A stretch of 64,000 nucleotides of DNA from Paraspadella gotoi (taxonomy: Eukaryota > Animalia > Chaetognatha), in assembly GCA_051294375.1 (NCBI GenBank), contig CM119266.1, forward strand, positions 4,041,884 through 4,105,883, written 5' to 3'. A model generated the notes under the pieces. That model searched no databases and was not told where the DNA came from. It saw nothing but the letters and a program-made list of their open reading frames with translations. Position numbers and translations under genes: made by a program. This document shows, one piece after another, positions 12,901-23,290 of the stretch. The first letter of the stretch is position 1, and each line of letters begins with the position of its first letter.

Positions 12901-14987
12901 ATCATCCCGATGTCGTTGAGCGTCACGCGATTCACTTTAGTCACGCTCTTCTTCTTCACGTCTTTGATGAGATACTTGAGCGTGTTGGGATGACCACCCC
13001 TGCAATTGTACAGTTCCTCCAGACGAGAAAAGGACAAGAATTTGGACATGGTGACTCCGTTTTCGATGAGCAGTTGAACGAAATCAACTCGATCCATGAT
13101 CAACGCGTCCATCATGGCGTTTTCCAGAGTTTCTTCCGTCCAATCCTGTCCGCCGCTGAAGATCAAACTCCTGGCGATGTCGACGCGATCCCAATGTAAG
13201 GCCAGAGAGAGTTGATCGGCGGGAGCGAGATTCGGTCCTTTGAGCAAAGCGGTGAGAATGGCGAGATCGATGTCCTGGCAAGAACCGTCTCCGATTCTGA
13301 AGACGGTGATGAGATGTTTCTTTCTCGTACACAACATGAGCTCTATGAAAATCTTTTCGGCTTGGTCCCTTCCCACGCCGAAGGTCTTCATTATGGTGAC
13401 GAGCAATTGGTCCCTGATGGACTCGACCATCGTCCCGTCGTCTTGCGCGTATTTGTGGGTGAAAGCGAGGAGATCCGCGGCGCGACCCGAACCGTCGCAG
13501 ACGACCACGGGAACCGGTGGCTGATCCGTCACGCACTCCAGCACCTGGTCGTTGTTAACTCATTTGTAATTTGTTCAATAAATAATTGGTTTATTACTTA
13601 TTAGTATTGAATAATTCGTATGGGATTTCCAATAATAATTCACTAGGAATGGCTTTATTCTGATTAATAATTTCCAGCACATGAAATTTCTTTCAACAAC
13701 AACAACGAATTAATTTATATCATTCCGGTTTTCTTTGTATACAAGTAACAAGATAATCATGAAATTTATCCAGTGTCAGTATGAAAATAGTTTTTTCATG
13801 CCTTAGTCTAGCGTCAATAATGTGAATGAATCGAACAGATTATACATAAATAAGAAAAGTTGTCAGTTACAGGAATCCCGCGAAAAAGTTCAACTCCAAC
13901 TCACCGTTTGAATCGTGTTGGTTCCTCCTTCCAAAACCACGTAGACAACAGGGACACCGTGACGTCGTCCGCGCGTCATCAACCTCATTTGACGCGCGAT
14001 GTGTTTCTCCAAATTCTTTCGTAAAAAAATTTCGGCTCCGTATTTTCCTTCTGTTCCGTTGTCAACGAGTAAAAAATGAGTATGAGTTGGATTGAGACAA
14101 GAATTGGCGCTTTTAGGATTATTGACGGGATGATAATGAGTCTCGACGTCTTGACCTACGAGACTGTCCTTGGATTCGACAACGCCCCAAGCGGCGACGC
14201 CGATGGTCACGATCTTTTGTCTACTCTTGCAACTGAGTTGACAGAGGGCGTCGCCGACGTGACGAACCGCTCCGGTCGACATCCCGTTGGTGATGATCCA
14301 AGCGCCGGCGGTCTTGGCGGCCTTGAGAAGGCCCTTTCGAAACATTCGCTTTAATTTGGGCTGAAGATCAAAGTTAGCGATCCCGCCATGGACGGATATT
14401 ACTAGTTTGGGCAATTCCACGTTCCAGTGACGTTTAAACAGCGCCATCACGTTTTCCGATTTCGTGTCGTGAGCGAGTCGAATGTATTGCGCTCTGGAAG
14501 GACTCGGGGCGCCTTGAAATTCTATAGTACCGAAGGCGTCGGTGGGGAATTCGCTCGTGTGATACTTGATAGACCATTTTTTGTCGCGCTCTTTGGCGAC
14601 GCCTCCCGGAAAGCCGGCGACGGCGCTGGGGACTTGAAGGTGGCGAGACGGCGGGGGATTTTTGACGGCTCTTGAGTCTAAGTATTTGTGGTCGCGATGG
14701 AAACGTCCGCAGCCGCAGCGGTCGCCGCTCGACGGCGGCGGCGTCCATCCTTCGCCGCCGCCGGGCGTCGGACCGTTGGGGCGAGAGGCTCGACTCGTGG
14801 ACGGGATGAATTTGACGCATTCGCGTTTCTTGAAGAACTGTTCGATCCAGTGACGTTGGACGGAGGCGGTGGAATGAGTGGACGAGGTCGACTCGTGCCG
14901 CAGCATCGGGTGAGGAGCGAGGAGGTGAGGACGACGCGTCTCCTTCTCATCCACTTCTCCCGTGAAAGATCGACGGACGGTAATCAT
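3914..14987 (-). CDS. TRPM: TRPM cation channel (TRPM1/3/6/7 clade, no kinase domain), ~14 exons
   Basis: Phase-consistent exons: 13905-~14987, 10977-13544, 10472-10744, 9801-9877, 9526-9595, 9183-9435, 8903-9099, 8342-8483, 8130-8235, 7987-8061, 7791-7896, 7525-7700, 4900-4987, 4341-4441, 3914-4262. Motifs: PTDAFGTIEF, PKLVISVHGG, VVVCDGSGRAADLLAF, pore YGEVYAGDIDPPC, TRP box VWKFHRY, coiled coil, tail motif EYTSITDQIDT. The start could be ATG 14987 or 14906. The low-complexity tail exons are less certain. Confidence 0.93.
6402..6730. mobile_element. AT-rich foldback MITE in TRPM intron
   Basis: The left end GCACTGAAGGTTTTAAATATTTATT matches the reverse complement of the right end (GCACGGAAGCATTTAAAGATTATT). 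Inner arms 6460-6500 and 6609-6646 also pair around a (TCA)n centre. A related decayed copy lies at ~5720-5910. Confidence 0.6.
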
Positions 14988-15337
14988 GACGAAAATGTAT
15001 AAAGACAAAAGTCACGGAACAAAGATGGCGGAAAAACAACCCAAAAAAAATGCTGCCGATTATCGAAGCCTTTGGTTCGAAGCGGACGTCATATATAAAG
15101 AGTCGAGAAAGGATAAATAAGAACACAGAAGGGAGAGAGAGAGAGAGAAAGAGATCACAGTCGCGTAAAACTAATAGAAGGACACAGACGGTAACGGCCA
15201 AGAGAGAGTAGAGTTCCATGCAAAAAAGGGATTTTGGTTTTGTGCAAGTTTTAGAATTGAGTATATGTACAGGAAACGTTCGTCCCAAGCGCTTTGTATC
15301 ACAGCACGAAAAACGTTCATTTTAATTGACGTTCCAA

Positions 15338-15516
15338 CTAGGAAAAAAAATCGTTCATTTTGACAATGATTGAAGAAAAAATATAGATAATGAAACAAAA
15401 AAGTGTACGTCTAGTACAAAAAATTGTATGTCTGGTACAAAAATTGTACATCTCGTATGTCTTCGACTTCGTTGAGTTCTGTATTATATAAATGCTCGTA
15501 GTTCTTAAATTTTAAT
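15338..15516 (-). promoter_or_regulatory. Candidate intercistronic region ABHD16A to TRPM
   Basis: ATTAAA overlaps the stop and AATACA lies at 15480-15485. A U-rich stretch follows, then acceptor TTTTTTTTCCTAG (AG 15338-15339). No GTRAG donor lies in between. Confidence 0.45.
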
Positions 15517-17963
15517 CTTTCTTTAATTCCCAAGGAAGTCTGAAGAAGCGATGAGGCAATTGAGTGCAATGCGACGAGTCGAAGTTCTTCAAATGCCTCG
15601 TTAACAAATAAAGACCGAAACGCTTGGATTCCTCGGGCGAATTCGGTCGAAGCCTCAAAGGAAAGACAGTCTCTTCGGCGCCCAGGGTGTCGACGAAAGA
15701 CTGGAGCTTCGCCTGGCACACCTCGCCGTCGACCCCTTCTTCGCTGAGGAAGTTTTGACGACGAGTCTCCGTCTCGAGGGACAAGAAATGCGTCATGGCG
15801 ACTTCCGTCTCCGCCGTCACGATGAAAGGGTAACTGGGGAAAAAAAGGAAGGGAAATTATCAAGGTGTTGCGACTTAATGAGTTTCTTATTAGGTTATGA
15901 AATTGGAAAAACCACTATAAAAATTATCCATTCATTTAATAAATAAGCTATCTTATGTTATTCAAAATTTCACAAGTGATCACATAATTGCATAATTATC
16001 AAAATATAAGTATAACACGCATCTTATGATACAAAACATTTCTACCAATAATTTATGTAAACCCAAAGGCTCTCAAGTTTCTTAAACTCTTAGACAACTT
16101 GATTCGCTGTTCAATAATTTCCTCACCGATGAGACAAGAATTTCAAGACCAGATCGTTTCCTCTGTTGGTTGAGATTTGAATTGGATCCGGTGGACTGAT
16201 CGTGCAAATCATTTCGTCCCGCGTTCGTCGAATCATTAACACTGGACCGTCGTATCTTTAAAAGACGAAAAACATTTGACATTCGACATAAAAAATACAG
16301 ATATTTCCTGATAATTATAACCTTTTTAATTGATCCAAGTTGTTGAGATTTGCGTGTTTGATCACAGTATCGCTTGTGATGCCACCGATAATTTGCGGCA
16401 TTCGCGCTCGCGCCAAAGGAAGAACGTGATCGAATGTTGCATCTTAAATGAGAAAAAAATTCTACATTTGCAATTTAACTTTTTTAAAACTTATTCTAAA
16501 CAAAATCCTGCGATATATCGAGATTTAACCACAAAAATCCATACCCAAAATCACGGCCTTGACTCTGGGGTAGTTCATAGCGGCGAAGGTGGCGGAATAT
16601 CCCCCTATACTCCAGGCGAATAAAATGATCTTTTCCTGAGGAAAGTTCAGCCTGTGGGTCGCGTATTGCATGACCGTGTCGATGGCGTTCTGCTCAGATT
16701 CGGGATAGGGCATTCCGTTGCTGCCTCCGAAACCAGGATGATTCCAACCGAGTACACTAAAGATAAGGAAAAGACATTAAAACTACTTAACCGGATTAAA
16801 TTGTATCTTGTGATTCTGATCGCACGAAGTTGATGATGCACCCATCAAACAACTACTGTTATTAATTATCAACGATAGTCCAGCTAAATACAATTGTAAT
16901 TCTTAAGCACTCCTCTCTAATATCTACGTAATAACGAGTCTTCAAAGCCCAACGTCCACTTCCATCCGTCCAAACCTGTAATTGCACTCGATCGGCGTGT
17001 TGGTGCATCCGATCTCGTAAAATCCCGCGTTTCCTTCGCAGCAGACGACGAGGTATCGTCCTTCCTCCGAGATCTCTCTCCGATCCAGGAACATCGTGTC
17101 CACGTCGTTTCCATCTTTGGTTCTTAGTTTAGATCGACGTCCTCGCAATTCCTCCACCAACTTGGCTCGTCCTTGGACTAAATGAGGATGAATCGCGTTT
17201 TGAATGAATCCGATCGTTCCCGGATACAGAAGCCTGATGCCGAAAGTGTGAGCAACGCAGTAGCAGAGTAAATCCCACGGGAGATCGATGAGCCGTTCCG
17301 CTCGAGATCGATTCACTTCCGGAGTCGAAACGCGACGTAAGGTAGAGTTGCTGGGTCGACCCCGTGGACCTTCGGACCAGTAAAAGTCGACGGGCCACCA
17401 GGACATGTCAAAGTCGTAGCAGCGAATGTTGACGTTGTGGCCGCTTCGGGCGTAGTGCAGCGCGTTGGAGAATGCCATGTAATCCCTAAAAAGTAAATCG
17501 TTTTTATCGTTTTTCATTAAATTAATAATCATCTATCTTTAGATTTTATGAAATTAGGAATAATTCCTCACTCGTTGAGCAGTCTTCCAAATGCGCGGAC
17601 CAAGGTTGCTGCAGAGTAAAGTATTGCAAATGAAAGTCCGTATTTGAAAAGGTAAAGAAAACCTTCGGGATTCATCATATTTCGTCGGTAGGTCATGAAA
17701 ACTAGGAACGGTGATATAGTGTACGTTACGTTATACATGGTCATCATCCACCGCAAAACGAAATCCCCGCCCTGGAAAAAAAAATAAAAATTTGAATTAA
17801 CGAACTTGCAAATTAATTAATACGTAACTTTTTAACTTACTTTTTCCAAACTATTAAATGGGTACATCGTTGAATACCCATTTCGGTCTTGATGTAAACG
17901 ATACAACCGAGGTCCTATCAATGCGTACCATATCTTTCTAGCATATGGCACCATCTTCCCCAT
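15512..17963 (-). CDS. ABHD16A: ABHD16A/BAT5-like alpha/beta hydrolase (phosphatidylserine lipase), 7 exons
   Basis: Exons 17841-17963, 17572-17771, 16976-17485, 16545-16756, 16322-16442, 16127-16255, 15512-15833, all GT-AG and in phase. Motifs: LVVCCEGNAGFYEIG, VLGWNHPGF, nucleophile AWSIGG, ILDATFD, IRRTRDE, SSHCTQLP. Confidence 0.92.
15895..15954. repeat. Dispersed ~60-bp repeat family
   Basis: AAAATTATCCATTCATTTAATAAATAAGCTATC recurs inverted at 23737-23795, direct at ~8795-8845 and partially inverted at ~25238-25260. Confidence 0.7.
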
Positions 17964-18964
17964 AGAGAGTCTTAAAAACTAGTGGAACAAAAACCTACAA
18001 ACTAATACAACGTAAGATTAATATAACAATTTAACCATTTCCTTATTGTCACTTTGAGCTAAACTTTCGTACATTCGAAAGCAAAATGAACACAAAGAGT
18101 AAATGAAGTACGGTCAAATACAGGGTGCCTACCAACCTCATTGAAAACCTAAGCTTTGGAGAATTTAACTTTTAGGTGGGTAATAGACTAATAGCTTTAG
18201 TGTTGAATAATAAATCCAAACATATTTTTCCGAGTCACATTGAATTTTGCATTTTTATTGAAAAACCTCGTTTATTTCAGTCATATATCGCGCAACTCTT
18301 AAAGATAATTGACAATTGAGCAATTAACTAGGTCGGGGGATTTGGTCACTAACTAGCCATCATTACTTTATCAATAAATTAATTAAACTTGCTGCTCCTT
18401 GTTATAATCCAACGAACTACTAGTACTGACGATGAGAATAATAATGAAAGAAATAAAAATGGGTGAATAATAGATTTAAAATGAAAATAATGATTCAGTT
18501 AAGTTCCTTCCAGGTGGAGAAAAACCTGGATTCAAATTATAAAATTAATAACAAAAATTCACTTGATATTCATCATGCCTTCAAGGTCACGACGTCCCGT
18601 GGTTACAGCAGACGGGACAGGGGAGGGTTAATATAATATTATAATCGGTTTGCAAGATATCATATAAGCAACACATTTCAACTTAAAAAAAAAAGCTTTC
18701 ACTTAATTTTTTAAAAATAAAATAAAAAGCTAGTTTTTTAAAATGCTATTTAACTTAATATTGTGAGGTTGAATTGTTCTAGAAGCTTCTGTCGTCGATG
18801 ATATTAAAACCTGTTTATTCAATAACTAAAAGTAAAAATTACACACATTTCACAAATTTAATTGCGAAATTGAATAAACGAAAACACATCTACCACAAAC
18901 GACTTAGTTTTTCATGTATTTATTCCTACGACGAAAAAAGGTTGTAATTAATAAAACGCAGTAA

Positions 18965-20182
18965 TCATTGCGCCTTTTTGTCCACGTTGTCGTTTCCGTC
19001 GAACTTTTCCTTGACGCATCGCCTCGGAAACCATCCTCTCGGACCGACGACGGATCGAGCTCCGGCCGACGAAACTCTCTCTTCATTACCGACAACTTTG
19101 GCTCCGTAGATCCAGTGACGCTTCCAACGCGTGGCGTCGATCGCGTCACCGACGTCAAGCGCCATCCGCGGCTCGTCGGAGCAAGGAAGTCCCCACAAGA
19201 CGGCGCACCCGAAGGAAATGGGGAAGAAGGAGCCGCTATACTTGGCTACCGCGTGATAAACGACAGTCCGTTGCCTCTTCTCCGCCTTCTGTAAGAGTTG
19301 TTCCTTCGTCAGACTAAACTGATCGCATCCTTCAACGACGGGCCAATGAATGCCGTCGCCTCGGGGCCTCATTTCCCAATTGACGACTTGAATTAGATTG
19401 AGTTTCCATCCGAGATCGTAGGGAAATCTAAACATTTCTTTCCCGTTTTTATATCGATCTTCTTCGTCTTCAGTGACTTCGCCTTTATCGATCATCTCGT
19501 GCCAGAGTCGAGTGTTGGCCTTCTCAGTGATCCAATCCTCGATTCCAGTCCGATTGCGAAGAACAGACTTCAACTCCATCACGAAGAGCATCCCGACGGC
19601 GACGACGACGCCGATGGAGAGTCCCACGGCGAACATGCACCCGATGAAGGACCAGATGCCGAGGTGCACGATCGGGGCCTCGATCTTGTGGTACACGTAG
19701 TAGTGAATGTTGAGCGCGCGGTACATGGAAGCGGCGAGAACGACGATGGCGTGGCAGCAGCCGATCGGAGCCCAAAATAGAAAGAGCAAAAAGCGAGTCT
19801 GGTTCCGATGACCGGAACAGGTGCCGATCCAGGGACAGTGATGGTCCATCTTGATGACGCAACGATCGCATTTACGGCAATGATGAGACCGCGGGGCCTT
19901 GAATCCCTGGCAGATGAGGCAATACTGAAGGAACTTCTCGCTTTGTTTCTTCTGAGGTCTCCAGCGGAGCGGGACGAAGCCGGGGCCGACCAGCGCAGCG
20001 GTGAAGTAGTTCGTCAACACCATGGAGACGATGAAGAGGAAGAGGAGGAAGTGGAGGAGGCCTGGTGTTGTATCCACCGGCCACCACATCAAATCGCAAT
20101 AGATGGTGGAGATAGAGATGACGGAGATGGTGGAGAGGGCCAGCAAGGGGCCCCAATTAAGAAGGCGAAATAAAGCGCTCAT
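18965..20182 (-). CDS. ZDHHC6: DHHC palmitoyltransferase ZDHHC6-like, intronless CDS
   Basis: 405-aa ORF with N-terminal WGPLLAL, Cys-rich domain KAPRSHHCRKCDRCVIKMDHHCPW, TGIEDWI, FPYDLGW and a C-terminal SH3-like domain ending RGWFPRRCV. Confidence 0.95.
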   Translation of the reverse strand: MSALFRLLNWGPLLALSTISVISISTIYCDLMWWPVDTTPGLLHFLLFLFIVSMVLTNYFTAALVGPGFVPLRWRPQKKQSEKFLQYCLICQGFKAPRSHHCRKCDRCVIKMDHHCPWIGTCSGHRNQTRFLLFLFWAPIGCCHAIVVLAASMYRALNIHYYVYHKIEAPIVHLGIWSFIGCMFAVGLSIGVVVAVGMLFVMELKSVLRNRTGIEDWITEKANTRLWHEMIDKGEVTEDEEDRYKNGKEMFRFPYDLGWKLNLIQVVNWEMRPRGDGIHWPVVEGCDQFSLTKEQLLQKAEKRQRTVVYHAVAKYSGSFFPISFGCAVLWGLPCSDEPRMALDVGDAIDATRWKRHWIYGAKVVGNEERVSSAGARSVVGPRGWFPRRCVKEKFDGNDNVDKKAQ

Positions 20183-20196
20183 TCTTCTGGGTTCAT
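20179..20196 (-). promoter_or_regulatory. uORF (MNPEE*) whose stop overlaps the ZDHHC6 ATG
   Basis: Minus strand reads ATG AAC CCA GAA GAA TGA. The ATGA overlap contains the ZDHHC6 start (20180-20182). Confidence 0.6.
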
Positions 20197-20237
20197 TGAG
20201 ATCCTTTTCAAAGTCGCGGGGGTCGAGTTTATAAAGA

Positions 20238-20349
20238 CTAAGTAAAAAAAAGGATTTCCCAAATAAATATCACATAGGTAAATAATATAAAATTTGAGCT
20301 TCATACACCGGTTCTAAGAACAAACGTATCAAAGGTTAGATTTTTTATT
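20238..20349 (-). promoter_or_regulatory. Candidate intercistronic region: ALDH AATAAA followed by 3' splice acceptor before ZDHHC6
   Basis: AATAAA at 20344-20349 (-) and a T-tract-ACTTAG acceptor with AG at 20238-20239, ~105 nt apart. Confidence 0.5.
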
Positions 20350-20547
20350 ATTTAAAATAATGATTTTTTATGATTTAAAATAATGATTTAGCTTTAAAAC
20401 AGCTTCGAATCTGATGACTAAAACGTGACGCTGGCCCTTATTCGTAACATTCAATTTAATATTGGTCATGGTAAAGCAAGTTTGGACATGCTTGAATATT
20501 GAATAAGAAAAAGGAATGGTTATTTTCAAAAAAATAAGTCATACTCT

Positions 20548-22008
20548 TTAGATATACAGTAAAGCAGCTAATGCCAGTGCGGCGACGGCGCAACAACAAT
20601 ACAAAGCACAACGGGATTTATGAATTTTCTTTTCGATCAAATATTTGGCCATTTTTAATTTAGATTCGGTATAAGGCGGATAGCGGACTTGAAGCGTTGG
20701 TTCCATGGAAAGTTTCTTTGCCAAGACGCTCCGTTTGTGACAGTAACAATCGAAGGAGAACCACCCGTGATACATGCCCATTCCCGAGTGACCGACTCCA
20801 CCGAAAGGGAGCGTCTCCAGAATGAAGTGGCTGACGACGTCGTTGAAGCAGACCCCACCGGAACTCGTCTCATCGAGGAACTTTTGTCTGACGCGACGAT
20901 TGTCTGAGAAGCAGTAAAGCGCCAAAGGCTTCTCGTTGGCGTTGATTCGCTGAATGGCTTCGTCGACGGAAGACACGTCGATGATGGGCATGATGGGGCC
21001 GAAGATCTCTTCATTCATGACGGCGTCATCGTCCGTGACGCGGGTCATGATCGTCGGCGAGATGTAGAGGTCCTTCTTGTCAGTCTTTCCGCCGAAGACG
21101 ACCTTCTTCTCATCCATTAAGTTGACGAGACGATCGAAGTGACGTTCGTTGACGATTCGAGGATAATCCGGATGACGTTGGGCGTCCGCGCCGAAGAATT
21201 CCGCCACGACGCGTTTCACTTGCGACACAAAATCGTCTCTAATCTTCGGGCTGCACATGACGTAATCCGCTCCGATGCAGGTTTGACCGCAGTTCAAGAA
21301 TTTCCCCCAAGCGACGCATCGAGCGGCTTTGCGGAGATCAACTCCCTCGTCGATGTAGACGGGACTCTTCCCTCCGAGTTCGAGGACGACGGGAGTCAAG
21401 TTCTTCGCCGCCGCGGACATGACGATCTTCCCGACCATCGAACTTCCTGTGTAGAAGATGTGATCGAACCTTTGCTCCAACAATTCCGTCGTCTCGGAAA
21501 CTCCGCCGCAGACGACCGCGTAACATTGAGGGTCTAAATAAGCGGGAAGGAGTCTGGCCATCAAATCCGCCGTCGCTGGCGATAATTCAGAGGGTTTGAC
21601 GATGGCGGCGTTGCCGGCGGCGATGGCGCCCACTAGAGGACTCAGGCATAATTGGAGCGGATAATTCCAGGCGCCGATAATGAGGCAGACGCCCAAAGGT
21701 TGACGCTGAATAAAGGCGGTGTCCGTTTGGAAGAGAAAACCCTTTTTGACTTTTTGGGGTCTGATCCAAGAGGGTAGCTTGTTGTAGGCGTGCTTGGCTT
21801 CGTTGAGCGTGTACATGACCTCGGACAGCTCGGCTTCCGTCTTTGACTTGTGTAGATCCTTGAAGAGAGCGTCGTACCAAAGCTCCCGATTTTCCTCCAG
21901 CATCGCGATGAGACGTTCCAGTTGCGCGCGACGGAATTCCAGCGGCTTCGACCATCCTTGAACGTAGGCCGATCGGAGAGTTTGGACTACGCCGGCTGAG
22001 GACGTCAT
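20548..22008 (-). CDS. ALDH3A2: ALDH3-family (fatty aldehyde dehydrogenase-like) enzyme with C-terminal membrane anchor, intronless CDS
   Basis: 486-aa ORF with IIGAWNYP, KPSE, FYTGS, catalytic LELGGKSP and GQTC, EEIFGP, PFGGVGHSGMG, and hydrophobic tail CCCAVAALALAALLYI. A probable 5' UTR intron lies at 22029-22102. The symbol indicates the closest type, not proven orthology. Confidence 0.93.
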   Translation of the reverse strand: MTSSAGVVQTLRSAYVQGWSKPLEFRRAQLERLIAMLEENRELWYDALFKDLHKSKTEAELSEVMYTLNEAKHAYNKLPSWIRPQKVKKGFLFQTDTAFIQRQPLGVCLIIGAWNYPLQLCLSPLVGAIAAGNAAIVKPSELSPATADLMARLLPAYLDPQCYAVVCGGVSETTELLEQRFDHIFYTGSSMVGKIVMSAAAKNLTPVVLELGGKSPVYIDEGVDLRKAARCVAWGKFLNCGQTCIGADYVMCSPKIRDDFVSQVKRVVAEFFGADAQRHPDYPRIVNERHFDRLVNLMDEKKVVFGGKTDKKDLYISPTIMTRVTDDDAVMNEEIFGPIMPIIDVSSVDEAIQRINANEKPLALYCFSDNRRVRQKFLDETSSGGVCFNDVVSHFILETLPFGGVGHSGMGMYHGWFSFDCYCHKRSVLAKKLSMEPTLQVRYPPYTESKLKMAKYLIEKKIHKSRCALYCCCAVAALALAALLYI

Positions 22009-23230
22009 TATAAATTGTTGGAAGAAAACTGAAAATTTGTACCAATCAACCTGGTGGAGCAGAGTACAGCTGCTGAGATGGATAAATATTAAAAAAACTC
22101 ACAGTGAAAAGTTATTGAGAAAACTGCTGGTCAATTTAGGTTTAAAACATCGTTGTCATCAACATCAACAATGGAGTGAAATCTGGGACTCGTTCTCTTT
22201 CTGTTTTAGGTTTTTATGCAATAAATAGTCAAAGATAAAATGGCAGCGGAATAAAAAAATCCATAGCAAATTACTTATAATTAAACATTAATTCACTATA
22301 GCCCATGCTTTTATGCACCCCGAATGGATTAAAAATAAAAATTAAACAACAAATTAGATTAATGTTTGACTCGAACAAAAGCGCAATCGTTGACAGAGAG
22401 CGACGCCCTTTTTCTTGGAAAAGGAAATATTATTATTAATCACGGAACAATTGGGTACATTACAATTTAGATTTATTGTAGTAATATTGCATGAAAATTT
22501 GCAAATTACTTGTTTCACTATTTTCTATTTTTATATTTTATGAAGGATTTAGTATTTAATCTATACTATTTAATCAAATATATATTGCTTTCGTTTTTAA
22601 AAATGTTTTATTTATCTAATAATTCAATTTGGGAAGGGGAAGTCATTGTTGACGTTGTCTTCTGGAAATAGAGGGATCATCTATACAACACAAGGTTAGA
22701 TTACTATCTGTCCTAGTTTTCTAATAATATCACACATCATTTCTGTTAGAAAGCCATGAAAAATCATAATATCTAAGAGGCTGAACAGAAAGGGGTGGGA
22801 ATGGATAATTTTTTTGAGGGGGGACCAACGTTATATATGATTTTTTTACCAATAGGGATAAGACTACTATGTAGAATTGTATGTTCTGATAGGGATACAT
22901 ACTGGGGAAAGGTCTATAGGGGCACCTTTATGTCATGAATATAATTTTAAAATACTTTAATGAAAATTATATTTTTTCTTTATCCTACTTTTTAATTATT
23001 TCTTTTTTGAATATTTTTTATCTTTTATCTTTATACTATGTGAAGGTCATCAGTTGGGAACCTATACCCTTCATGGATTTCGGCTCTTTAATCCCAATAT
23101 CTAGGTATAGGCGAGCCATCACCAAATGGTGATCCTTCATTGTTGCTTATCTTATATTTTAAAGGTATATTTTGAATGTTTATCTAGAGAAAGCAAAGAA
23201 TTTTGAATTTGTAATAACGATTTTTAATTA

Positions 23231-23290
23231 ATAGTTGGACATGTTTCGGCTTGTTTACTTCAAGCCTTCATCAGCATATGAATTTTCTAT
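23231..23290 (-). ncRNA. Minimal type I hammerhead ribozyme (Penelope/retrozyme type)
   Basis: Minus strand: CTGATGA-A-GGCTTG-aagtaaa-CAAGCC-GAAA-CATGTC. Full core, 6-bp stem II, palindromic ACATGT stem III and GUC cleavage triplet at 23238-23240. Confidence 0.8.

Noticed and set aside
11080-21537. Antisense and alternate-frame ORFs over TRPM, ZDHHC6 and ALDH
   Set aside because: They are shadows of GC-rich codon usage with no recognisable motifs.
23047-23053. Other CTGATGA hits (also 20411, 34467, ~39155)
   Set aside because: No stem II plus GAAA follows, so these are not hammerheads.
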